From assembly GCA_040285825.1 (NCBI GenBank), contig JAUPSS010000001.1:3534001-3598000 (forward strand): a stretch of 64,000 bases of DNA, given 5' to 3'. Of this stretch, positions 51,451 to 63,657 are shown piece after piece. The notes below the pieces were generated by a model. The model saw nothing but the letters and a program-made list of their open reading frames with translations. It had not been told where the DNA came from and searched no databases. Position numbers and translations under genes: made by a program. This DNA comes from Eukaryota sp. TZLM1-RC (Eukaryota > Protista > Metamonada: BaSk clade). The first letter of the stretch is position 1. Each line of letters begins with the position of its first letter.

Positions 51451-54400
51451 AATTCAAAAAATGATCAGCGTGCCGTAAAAAACACAAAACTCTCAAAAAA
51501 TGTTCCCCGTTGCTCATCCTGTCATAAAGTTGGTCATAAAAAGAATTCTAAAAAATGTGAAAATTATCAAAATCCATCTATTTCTTATTCTGTAACTGCC
51601 GCTGCTGCTGAATTAAATAATTTAGAATTCAATTTACCTCCCAAAGATGAGTGCACTGCAGAAGACAATGATGCAGTGATGTTAGATATTCCCCTTGAAG
51701 CAAGTCAAATTGATAATTGTGCTATTTGTAATGAAAAAGCTGAAAGATATATTTTAAAAAATAATTTATATGTATGCCATGTTTGCTCCTCACTTGATAC
51801 ACTACGGCCTCCATGTAAGATTCCGAATGTTCTTAGTCCCAAGGCTTCCATTCCCTTTTCTGTTGCGTTTAGAACATTCAGTCTTGCTTTGAAAAAAGGA
51901 GAATGGGATATATTTTCTATTTGGAAATTCTTCCTTGAACAAAAATCAGGTTCTCGTCCCCAAAAGGTTTTCACTCCAAAGAAACAACCCAAGAATAAGA
52001 CTGTACGAAAACTTTTGCTACGTGGGAGATATGGTTCAGGGAAAAACGCTCTGTTCTCATCTGATCTTGCTCCTGTGACTGATGAAACTGTAAATCAATT
52101 AGTGGATCTGCATCCAGCTGAATTTCTTAATTTGGATAAACCATCTGCTTCACAATTTTGGAAACAAAATCCACTTTCTGAAAAAGAAGTTGAAACTGCC
52201 ATTTTCCGTCTTCCATCTGGAAAAGCTCCAGGTCCATCTGGAATTACTTTTGATATGCTGAAATCTGTGTGCCGCCAAAATTCCTTTATTATTAAAGATT
52301 TATGTTCCTTTTTTTCAAGATGTTTTGACAATGAAAATTGTTCCACCCAAAGAATTAAGTGCATCACGGTTAGTGGCTTTAACTAAACCTAATGGAAAAG
52401 TTCGCCCAATTGCCATTGGTGAAGCCATTTATCGCCTGATGTCTTCAGTAATTTTTAATCGAGTTTCAACAAAAGCTAAAGAATACTTTTCTCCATTCCA
52501 ATATGGAATCAAAACCATAGATGGAGCTTCAGTTGCAGCTTTGACATCTGATTTGTTTTTCAATTGTCACGAAAATAGTTGCATTTTTAATCTTGATTTC
52601 AAAAATGCTTTCAATTCAGTGAAAAGAGATTCAATTTGGAAAGAAATCAAATCAAATTTTCCTGAACTCGAAACCTTTTTTTATAGGTTTTATGGTAATT
52701 CATCTGATTTAATTTTTAATTCTTTTAATCTGGGCTCTTTATCAGGAGTTAAACAAGGAGACCCTTTAGGTCCTTTCTTTTTTTGTCTTGCAATTCACCC
52801 AATTTTGAAAAAATTAAAAGAAGAAAATTCTGACCTTCAAGTGGTAGCTTACATGGATGACATTTCTTGTATTGGTCCAGAAAGTACAATTAATAGGGTT
52901 GCTAATGAAGCTGCTACATTATACCAATCCATAGGTCTTGAGTTGAATGTTCAAAAATGTTTTTGTATTTCTAGGAAAAATGTTAAGTTAATAATTAATT
53001 CCCTTGAAGTTCCATATATTGATTATACTTCAACTAGTTTCTGCTTTCTTGGTTGCTATTTAGGTTCCGCCGAAAAAACACTTGATAGCCTTGAAAATTA
53101 TTTAAATTCAATTAAAAAAGAGCTAGAAGTCATAAAGACTCTTGAATTGGAAAAACATCTTAAGTTTTTTCTTTTGAAAATTTGTTATGCTGGAAAAATT
53201 ACTCATTTACTGAGATCATTACCTCCATCCCTAACTTACAATTTTTGTAGACAATTTAACAAAATACGTACCCAATTTTTGGCTTATTTAATGTCTGTTG
53301 ATCCATCAATTTTGAAAAATCATATTTTTTCTGATGTTCAACTTGGCGGTGTTGGGTTCAATTCATCAAAATATTTGACCAAAGCTGCATTTATTGGTGG
53401 TGGAAAAAGTTTTGTATTTGAATTCTCCAGAAGATATCCTTTTGCCGAAAATCTTCTTGAAACTACAAATAGCCTATTCCTCGATAACTTAAGAGAAGAA
53501 ATTTCCAGTTTATCTCCAGACTTATGGCAATCATGTTTCCCCATATCTATTCAAGGCATTCCAGACAGAAGTTTGTATTCTCTAAAATTTGCGTTGAAAA
53601 AGCTCCAACGACATCTTTTGAAAAAATTTGAAAGCAAGGATTTTATTGTTCGACTTAGCACGGCTAAGAAAGAAAATCCTGTTTTTGCAAATTTTTTGAT
53701 TGATTTGAAGGACAGTTCATCTGCAGTTTTGATAAATCAAATTCCCCAGATTTATGGTCTATTTTTGAATGACGACCAATGGACCACTGCTATGAGAATG
53801 CGTTGTTATTTATGGCCTTGTAATTTGCCCAATGATTTGTTTTGTAAATGTGGTGCTGGTTTGACATTATCACATTTATTTAATTGTAATAGATATATTT
53901 CCTATCGTTCTACGTTGCATGATGCAGTCAGAGATCAAATCCATGCAATGTGTAATTCCTATCATATTGAATCTTTTGTAGAACCTTTGTTGAGGTCTCT
54001 TGATATAAATGAAAGCGTAAGAGATTCAGAATATGGAAAACGACGTGCTGATGTTGTTGTGCCCTCGTTTGATGATGTCATGAATGTTGTTGATGTCGTA
54101 ACAGTGGATGTATGCAAGAAAAATGCCTTGAAAAATGCTCAATCCGAAGTATCCCCCCTAGATGACTCCGAATTGTACAAACGGAAAAAGTATGCAAATA
54201 CTTTAAAAGAATTGAAACATGTTCGCCATGTAGATTACCGAATTTGCCCATTTGCTATATCGTTGTATGGTCGTCTTGGAAAAACTGCTTTGAATTTTAT
54301 TGATGATTTTGAAAATCTTGTGAAAAAAAGAATGAATAAGCGTTTTGATCGTCGCTTGTGGCTAAATCGTATTGTTTTTACTATTTTCAAATCAATTCCT

Positions 54401-54505
54401 AAAATGATGTCGAAAGCTTTAATGTCTGTCAGTGCACATTATGAAAACATTGCTGCTGTAAGGTTTGATGGTGTGGAAGCTTGTTTTGAAGATATTGACT
54501 TTTAG
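51310..54505 (+). CDS. Family B polyprotein (~1065 aa): CCHC knuckle, C4 finger, RT, Zn knuckle, RLE; one frameshift at the T-run near 52309-52315
   Basis: ORFs 51310-52386 and 52325-54505 overlap at a homopolymer; CSSCHKVGHKKNSKKC, CAIC..CHVC, YMDD, CKCGAGLTLSHLFNC, RRADVV..VDV..KRKKY. Confidence 0.92.
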
Positions 54506-55751
54506 ACTGTGGTTTTGAAAATAAATTAAAATTAAATTAAAAAAAAATTGAAGATTTAGTAAATCCAATACCCCCCAAATTTGCTGAAGAAAATAAATGG
54601 CTTTTCAACATTCCTGGTTCTACATCCAATAAATCAGCAAAAAATTCTGTTCTCAATGAATTAAAAGAACGACAAAAATCTAATGCTATGGAAGGAGCAC
54701 AAGATCTCAAAATGTGGGTTATTCTCCCAGTGTAGCAAATTTTAAGCATAAAAAATTTAATATGCTTTTCTATATCTAAAGAAGAAATTGAATCAAGTTC
54801 AATTTTCATTTTTTTCAAAATAACTTGCAATTCATTCTGAATTTGAGGCACATTTCCTAACCAACAACCAAGGAACTTAAAAGCATCACTACTATAATTA
54901 GTAAAAGGGACAATAGAATCGTTTATCACGAGCTCTTGAGCAGAAGAGCCAATCAGAAGGCATTTGCTGGCATTAAGATGAAGCCCAATATTTTCATATG
55001 AATCGGCAATTTCTTGAGCAACCAATTCTAGTAAATCAAATGAACCAATCAAGGATATATCATCCATATAAGCAACTATTTTTATAGAAGGGTATTTTTG
55101 CTTAATGATATTTAAAGTTTTGTGAATAGCTAAACAAAACAATAATGGGCCTAAAGGATCTCCCTGCTTCACTCCAGAAGATGATTTAAGACCAAATGAA
55201 TTAAAAATTAAATCTGATTCTTTCCCATAAAAATGGTAGAAAAAACTCGATAGCTCAGGAAAATCAGATTTAATAACTTCAAAAATTGCTTCTCGCTTTA
55301 CAGAATTAAAAGCATTTTTAAAGTCGAGATTAAAAATAAAATTATTTTCCTCTGCATTAAAAAAGGTATCAGAGGCAATAGCAGCAACAGAAGCACCATC
55401 AATTGTTTTGATTCCAAATTGATGAGGATTCAAAAATGTAGAAGCTTTGTCTTTGACACGATCGAAGACAATTGATGCTAGCAAACGAGAAAGAGATTCA
55501 CCAACAGCAATTGGGCGTATTCCATCAGGTTTGATTCCGTTTCCAGGCTTTACTAAAGCAATCAGACGTGCTGCGAGTAATTCAAATGGAGGATTAATTT
55601 TCAAAACAATCAATTGTTGAAAATAGTGGGCTAGATCATCAGCAATTTCGGGAGCACTGGAACACGCTATTTTTAACAGATCAAAAGAAATTCCAGATGG
55701 GCCTGCTGCTTTCCCCTTTGGCAATTTTTGAATAGCTTTAAGAACTTCAAT

Positions 55752-58504
55752 TTTTTTTAATAATTTTAATTTTATTCTAAACCTATAAATCAACATCTAA
55801 AAAATCCATCTCTCCCAAAACAAAAACACTAGATGCAACTCTCTCATAGTGAGATCCAAGAGAAAGCAAAGCATCGGAAACCATCTTCAACATCCCCTTA
55901 AAAATCCACATATTAATTTATTGAATTTGCACACTTGATTAAATTAAATCATAACTAATGGGACGACTATCATTAAACCAAGATTTCCTCTACAAAATCT
56001 TGATTTGCTTGCTGTCTAGCTAAAGCTTCTCTAATTCGATTGAAAAACCGCGGTAATCTATTAATAATGGCAAATTGAATCCGTGAACGCCATAAAAAAA
56101 TATCAAATCTTTTCATTGTTTTTTCTTTCACCAATTTTTGGAAGTCATCCAAAAAGTTTCTGCTTCAACTGATAATCTTCCATTTATCGAAAATGGAAAA
56201 GCAATAAAAACCAGCTGTGTATTTCTATCGATATTTGCATCTTCAATTTCTTTATCATATTTTCTATGTTTTTCTTTTGCTTTAAAAATCCAGAGCAGCC
56301 ACAGGATTAAGTTTTTCTTCTGTGAACCAAAGTATCGTTTGCAACATTACATGAGACAAAGTCAACAATAGCTTCAGAATTATCAATCCAATCACAGTAT
56401 ACATCACCTCTATCATCAGAACTAAAATTATTCAGAGAAAGTGTTTCTTTCAGCAGGGGCTCTTTGATACACGATATCCTTGCAGTTTGTGCCATATTGA
56501 AAACAGTGTCTCTAACAGCATCATGTAATGAAGAACGATAAGTTATCAATTTAGAGCAATTTAGAGCATGGCGCAAAGTGAGTTGAGGTGAATTCGAACA
56601 AATACATTTTTCTTTTGATAATAATTGGTTAATGGGGATGTTCAAATATAATCTCATTTTTGTTACAAATGCTTCATTAGTAGCACACAATCCAAATCTT
56701 CGTGGTACAATGGTTACAAAAAGTGAAGAATCTGACACCTTGTTTTCACAAACACCCTTTTCCAATAACAATGAGTGAAGATCTTGATTTAAAACAGCCG
56801 AGCTGCAAATATTATTATAAAGATCTTTTTCATACATTCCAGTCAATCTTTTCTGTAATGTTCGAAGAGTGTACTTCAAATTTAAAACATTTTTTTCTGG
56901 AATATTGCCATTGAATGATTGGGGAAAACATCGACCCCATTTCCTTAAAAATAGAAAACACAATTCTATTTTGCCAAAACAATCTGTTGAAATTTCTGCC
57001 AGTTCTTCTCTTTACAATCATTTCAAAATCATCCAAAAAACGTAAAGCAGTTGGTGCAAGTGAACCAAAAAGGGAAAATACAAATGGATACAAATTGTAT
57101 TTTGCATGCTGTAGACTGGCCAATTTGGACAAAGGTTCATTGTATTTTTTGAATTTAAAATTTTCAGCATTTGAAAGGGGATTATGAATTTCAGAATTAA
57201 CAAGCCTTTCATTTGAGGCATTACAAGGATCAACAGACATTACATCCAATAAAATGAAGCTTCCATCTAATCCAGGTAATATGACATCACCTCTATTATT
57301 CTTATGAAAATCATTTTCAGCATCAAACAGATTTGACAACAAAGGTTCCAAGAAGGATTCAATTCTATGAGATTTACACATACAATATAACTGGTCTCTT
57401 ACAGCATCATGAACCTTGCTTCTAAAAGTAATAAAATGTTTACAATTTAACAAATGAGTAGTTGTTATTTCTCGAGAACATTTACATATTAAATTATGAG
57501 GTAAATTATCAGGCCAGATAAAGGAACGAAATCTCATATTCAGAGTCCAAGCAGAATCGGATAAGAGAGTACCATAAACTTGTGGAATTGTTGTTACTAA
57601 GGCAGAAGAAGTACTGTCACATATATCTTGTAAAAGATTTGCAAAAGCGGGATTCTTTTTCTTGGCCAAGCCAAGTCTAACATCAAAATCCAAGCTTTCA
57701 AAAATCTTTGACAATTTTTGTTGAAGCTTTTTACAGCAAAACTGTAAATTAAATAGAGATCGGTTTGGAATTTCTTGAATTGATTGAGGAAAACTTTTGG
57801 TCCAAATTTGTGGCGGTAATTTTTCAAGTTCACAAGATAACTCATACAAATAGGGACTACAATTGGGGACTAACAGATGAGAATCATCAGGAAATCTACG
57901 AGAAAATTCATAAATAAAATTTTTGCCACCACCCAAGAATGCTGATTGACACAAAATTGAAGATTTAGTAAAACCAATACCACCCAAATTTGCTGAAGAA
58001 AATAAATGGCTTTTCAACATTCCTGGTTCTACATCCAATAAATCAGCAAAAAAATTCTGTTCTCAATGAATTAAAAGAACGACAAAAATCTAATGCTATG
58101 GAAGGAGCACAAGATCTCAAAATGTGGGTTATTCTCCCAGTGTAGCAAATTTTAAGCATGAAAAATTTAATATGCTTTTCTATATCTAAAGAAGAAATTG
58201 AATCAAGTTCAATTTTCATTTTTTCCAAAATAACTTGCAATTCATTCTGAATTTGAGGCACATTTCCTAACCAACAACCAAGGAACTTAAAAGCATCACT
58301 ACTATAATTAGTAAAAGGGACAATAGAATCGTTTATCACGAGGTCTTGAGCAGAAGAGCCAATCAGAAGGCATTTGCTGGCATTAAGATGAAGCCCAATA
58401 TTTTCATATGAATCGGCAATTTCTTGAGCAACCAATTCTAGTAAATCAAATGAACCAATCAAGGATAAATCATCCATATAAGCAACTATTTTTATAGAAG
58501 GGTA
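55752..58504 (-). mobile_element. Family A, 5'-truncated (55752-55905 + 56943-58504)
   Basis: ORFs 56830-58038 and 58043-58792 (in part); rejoined by TSD CCTTAAAAAT. Confidence 0.9.
55906..56942 (-). mobile_element. Divergent family (probably E) 3' part: Zn knuckle + RLE, no poly(A)
   Basis: CICSNSPQLTLRHALNC, HDAVRD, DRGDVY..VDF; ends QDFVEEILV* (stop 55973-55975); TSD CCTTAAAAAT 55896-55905/56943-56952. The link to 2869-4880 is inferred because the two do not overlap. Confidence 0.82.
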
Positions 58505-58513
58505 AAACGATAT

Positions 58514-58750
58514 AGAAGACGAAAGTAGGTCAAAGTTTTCATAGACCAATGTTGATGATTTTCCATAAATTGAATAGAAAAAAGGCTCAACTTCAGGAAA
58601 ATGCTTTCGCAGCAAAGGTAAAATGGAAGAACGAGATACAGAATTGAAAGCATTCTTAAAATCTAAATTGAAGATGTAATTAGAATCAGTAGAATTAAAA
58701 AACACATCCGACGAAAGAGCAGCAGAAGAAGCACCATCAATTGTCTTGAT
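58514..58750 (-). mobile_element. Probable family C RT fragment, uninterrupted version of 31123-31213 + 33347-33502
   Basis: KTIDGASSAALSSDVFF..LDFKNAFNSVSRSS..VYENFDLLSS. Confidence 0.78.
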
Positions 58751-60140
58751 TTTTTTTAAATATAATTTTATTCCAAAACAATAAATCAACATCTAAAAAA
58801 ATCCATCTCTCCCAAAACAAAAACACTAGATGCAACTCTCTCATAGTGAGATCCAAGAGAAAGCAAAGCATCAGAAACCATCTTCAACATCCCCTTAAAA
58901 ATAGAAAACACAATTCTATTTTGCCAAAACAATCTGTTGAAATTTCTGCCAGTTCTTCTCTTTTCAATCATTTCAAAATCATCCAAAAAACGTAAAGCAG
59001 TTGGTGCAAGTGAACCAAAAAGGGAAAATACAAATGGATACAAATTATATTTTGCATGCTGTAGACTGGCCAATTTGGACAAAGGTTCATTGTATTTTTT
59101 GAATTTAAAATTTTCAGCATTTGAAAGGGATTATGAATTTCAGAATTAACAAGCCTTTCATTTGAGGCATTACAAGGATCAACAGACATTACATCCAATA
59201 AAATGAAGCTTCCATCTAATCCAGGTAATATGACATCACCTCTATTATTCTTATGAAAATCATTTTCAGCATCAAACAGATTTGACAACATAGGTTCCAA
59301 GAAGGATTCAATTCTATGAGATTTACACATACAATATAACTGGTCTCTTACAGCATCATGAACCTTGCTTCTAAAAGTAATAAAATGTTTACAATTTAAC
59401 AAATGAGTAGTTGTAATTTCTCGGGAACATTTACAAATTAAATAATGAGGTAAATTATCAGGCCAGATAAAGGAACGAAATCTCATATTCAGAGTCCAAG
59501 CAGAATCGGATAAGAGAGTACCATAAACTTGTGGAATTGTTGTTACTAAGGCAGAAGAAGTACTGTCACATATATCTTGTAAAAGATTTGCAAAAGCGGG
59601 ATTCTTTTTCTTGGCCAAGCCAAGTCTAACATCAAAATCCAAGCTTTCAAAAATCTTTGACAATTTTTGTTGAAGCTTTTTACAGCAAAACTGTAAATTA
59701 AATAGAGATCGGTTTGGAATTTCTTGAATTGATTGAGGAAAACTTTTGGTCCAAATTTGTGGCGGTAATTTTTCAAGTTCACAAGATAACTCATACAAAT
59801 AGGGACTACAATTGGGGACTAACAGATGAGAATCATCAGGAAATCTACGAGAAAATTCATAAATAAAATTTTGCCACCACCCAAGAATGCTGATTGACAC
59901 AAAATTGAAGATTTAGTAAAACCAATACCACCCAAATTTGCTGAAGAAAATAAATGGCTTTTCAACATTCCTGGTTCTACATCCAATAAATCAGCAAAAA
60001 AATTCTGTTCTCAATGAATTAAAAGAACGACAAAAATCTAATGCTATGGAAGGAGCACAAGATCTCAAAATGTGGGTTATTCTCCCAGTGTAGCAAATTT
60101 TAAGCATGAAAAATTTAATATGCTTTTCTATATCTAAAGA

Positions 60141-61543
60141 TTTTTTTTAATTTTAATTTATTTTCAAAACCACAGTCTAAAAGTCAATATCTTCAAAACA
60201 AGCTTCCACACCATCAAACCTTACAGCAGCAATGTTTTCATAATGTGCACTGACAGACATTAAAGCTTTCGAAATCATTTTAGGAATTGATTTGAAAATA
60301 GTAAAAACAATACGATTTAGCCACAAGCGACGATCAAAACGCTTATTCATTCTTTTTTTCACAAGATTTTCAAAATCATCAATAAAATTCAAAGCAGTTT
60401 TTCCAAGACGACCATACAACGATATAGCAAATGGGCAAATTTGGTAATCTACATGGCGAACATGTTTCAATTCTTTTAAAGGATTTGCATACTTTTTCCG
60501 TTTGTACAATTCGGAGTCATCAAGGGGGGATACTTCGGATTGAGCATTTTTCAAGGCATTTTTCTTGCAAACATTTTTTTTAATTTAATTTTAATTTATT
60601 TTTCAAAACCACAGTCTAAAAGTCAATATCTTCAAAACAAGCTTCCACACCATCAAACCTTACAGCAGCAATGTTTTCATAATGTGCACTGACAGACATT
60701 AAAGCTTTCGAAATCATTTTAGGAATTGATTTGAAAATAGTAAAAACAATACGATTTAGCCACAAGCGACGATCAAAACGCTTATTCATTCTTTTTTTCA
60801 CAAGATTTTCAAAATCATCAATAAAATTCAAAGAAGTTTTTCCAAGACGACCATACAACGATATAGCAAATGGGCAAATTTGGTAATCTACATGGCGAAC
60901 ATGTTTCAATTCTTTTAAATGATTTTTTATGATTTTGAAAATCTTGTGAAAAAAAGAATGGATAAGCGTTTTGATCGTCGCTTGTGGCTAAATCGTATTG
61001 TTTTTACTATTTTCAAATCAATTCCTAAAATGATTTCGAAAGCTTTAATGTCTGTCAGTGCACATTATGAAAACATTGCTGCTGTAAGGTTTGATGGTGT
61101 GGAAGCTTGTTTTGAAGATATTGACTTTTAGACTGTGGTTTAACAATAAAATAAAATTAATTTAAAAAAAATTCTTTTAAAGGATTTGCATACTTTTTCC
61201 GTTTGTACAATTCGGAGTCATCAAGGGGGGATACTTCGGATTGAGCATTTTTCAAGGCATTTTTCTTGCATACATCCACTGTTACGACATCAACAACATT
61301 CATGACATCATCAAACGAGGGCACAACAACATCAGCACGTCGTTTTCCATATTCTGAATCTCTTACGCTTTCATTTATATCAAGAGACCTCAACAAAGGT
61401 TCTACAAAGGATTCAATATGATAGGAATTACACATTGCATGGATTTGATCTCTGACTGCATCATGCAACGTAAAACGATAGGAAAAATATATATGCAAAC
61501 ATCCACTGTTACGACATCAACAACATTCATGACATCATCAAAC
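60141..61543 (-). mobile_element. Family B short copy (60141-60574 + 61494-61543)
   Basis: TSD ATATCTAAAGA; ORF 60177-60554. Confidence 0.9.
60575..61493 (-). mobile_element. Composite B element containing the antisense MDKRF mini-B (about 60920-61170)
   Basis: Own tail and TSD TGCAAACAT 60566-60574/61494-61502. Confidence 0.88.
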
Positions 61544-61737
61544 ATATCTAAAGAAGAAATTGAATCAAGTTCAATTTTCATTTTTTCCAAAATAACTTGC
61601 AATTCATTCTGAATTTGAGGCACATTTCCTAACCAACAACCAAGGAACTTAAAAGCATCACTAATATAATTAGTAAAAGGGACAATAGAATCGTTTATCA
61701 CGAGGTCTTGAGCAGAAGAGCCAATCAGAAGGCATTT

Positions 61738-63657
61738 CCCCTTAAAAATAGAAAACTTTTTTTTTATTAATTTATTGAATTTGCACACTTGATTAAATTA
61801 AATCATAACTAATGGGACGACTATCATTAAACCAAGATTTCCTCTACAAAATCTTGATTTTGTATTGGTTTTGTGTTTTGATTTTTTTTTATTTAAATTT
61901 AATTTTATTCTAAACCTATAAATCAACATCTAAAAAATCCATCTCTCCCAAAACAAAAACACTAGATGCAACTCTCTCATAGTGAGATCCAAGAGAAAGC
62001 AAAGCATCAGAAACCATCTTCAACATCCCCTTAAAAACAGAAAACACAATTCTATTTTGCCAAAACAATCTGTTGAAATTTCTGCCAGTTCTTCTCTTTA
62101 CAATCATTTCAAAATCATCCAAAAAACGTAAAGCAGTTGGTGCAAGTGAACCAAAAAGGGAAAATACAAATGGATACAAATTGTATTTTGCATGCTGTAG
62201 ACTGGCCAATTTGGACAAAGGTTCATTGTATTTTTTGAATTTAAAATTTTCAGCATTTGAAAGGGGATTATGAATTTCAGAATTAACAAGCCTTTCATTT
62301 GAGGCATTACAAGGATCAACAGACATTACATCCAATAAAATGAAGCTTCCATCTAATCCAGGTAATATGACATCACCTCTATTATTCTTATGAAAATCAT
62401 TTTCAGCATCAAACAGATTTGACAACAAAGGTTCCAAGAAGGATTCAATTCTATGAGATTTACACATACAATATAACTGGTCTCTTACAGCATCATGAAC
62501 CTTGCTTCTAAAAGTAATAAAATGTTTACAATTTAACAAATGAGTAGTTGTTATTTCTCGAGAACATTTACATATTAAATTATGAGGTAAATTATCAGGC
62601 CAGATAAAGGAACGAAATCTCATATTCAGAGTCCAAGCAGAATCGGATAAGAGAGTACCATAAACTTGTGGAATTGTTGTTACTAAGGCAGAAGAAGTAC
62701 TGTCACACATATCTTGTAAAAGATTTGCAAAAGCGGGATTCTTTTTCTTGGCCAAGCCAAGTCTAACATCAAAATCCAAGCTTTCAAAAATCTTTGACAA
62801 TTTTTGTTGAAGCTTTTTACAGCAAAACTGTAAATTAAATAGAGATCGGTTTGGAATTTCTTGAATTGATTGAGGAAAACATTTGGTCCAAATTTGTGGC
62901 GGTAATTTTTCAAGTTCACAAGATAACTCATACAAATAGGGACTGCAATTGGGAACTAACAGATGAGAATCATCAGGAAATCTACGAGAAAATTCATAAA
63001 TAAAATTTTTGCCACCACCCAAGAATGCTGATTGACACAAAATTGAAGATTTAGTAAAACCAATACCACCCAAATTTGCTGAAGAAAATAAATGGCTTTT
63101 CAACATTCCTGGTTCTACATCCAATAAATCAGCAAAAAATTCTGTTCTCAATGAATTAAAAGAACGACAAAAATCTAATGCTATGGAAGGAGCACAAGAT
63201 CTCAAAATGTGGGTTATTCTCCCAGTGTAGCAAATTTTAAGCATGAAAAATTTAATATGCTTTTCTATATCTAAAGAAGAAATTGAATCAAGTTCAATTT
63301 TCATTTTTTCCAAAATAACTTGCAATTCATTCTGAATTTGAGGCACATTTCCTAACCAACAACCAAGGAACTTAAAAGCATCACTACTATAATTAGTAAA
63401 AGGGACAATAGAATCGTTTATCACGAGGTCTTGAGCAGAAGAGCCAATCAGAAGGCATTTGCTGGCATTAAGATGAAGCCCAATATTTTCATATGAATCG
63501 GCAATTTCTTGAGCAACCAATTCTAGTAAATCAAATGAACCAATCAAGGAAATAGAAAACACAATTCTATTTTGCCAAAACAATCTGCTGAAATTTCTCC
63601 CAGTTCTTCTCTTTACAATCATTTCAAAATAATCCAAAAAACGTAAAGCAGTTGGTG
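61738..63657 (-). mobile_element. Small family A host fragment (61738-61756 + 63550-63657)
   Basis: Collinear A 3' sequence on both sides of the E+A insert. Confidence 0.8.
61757..63549 (-). mobile_element. Chimeric insert: ~100 nt of E 3' end with poly(A), a 21-nt filler, and a 1.67-kb family A copy with its own poly(A)
   Basis: Single TSD AAATAGAAAAC 61746-61756/63550-63560; ORF 61916-63661 has no frameshift. Confidence 0.87.

Larger units (their letters stand above)
51223..54543 (+). mobile_element. Family B full-length, uninterrupted element (~3.3 kb)
   Basis: TSD AAAATTGAA 51214-51222/54544-54552; T9-CTCCCTCC 5' end; AATAAA and A-rich tail. Confidence 0.95.
50999..55751 (-). mobile_element. 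Family A internal fragment (50999-51222 + 54544-55751) hosting full-length B
   Basis: ORF 54537-55796 (RT); rejoined by TSD AAAATTGAA. Confidence 0.88.
58751..61737 (-). mobile_element. Family A', 5'-truncated (58751-60140 + 61544-61737)
   Basis: Rejoined by TSD ATATCTAAAGA 60130-60140/61544-61554. Confidence 0.9.
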
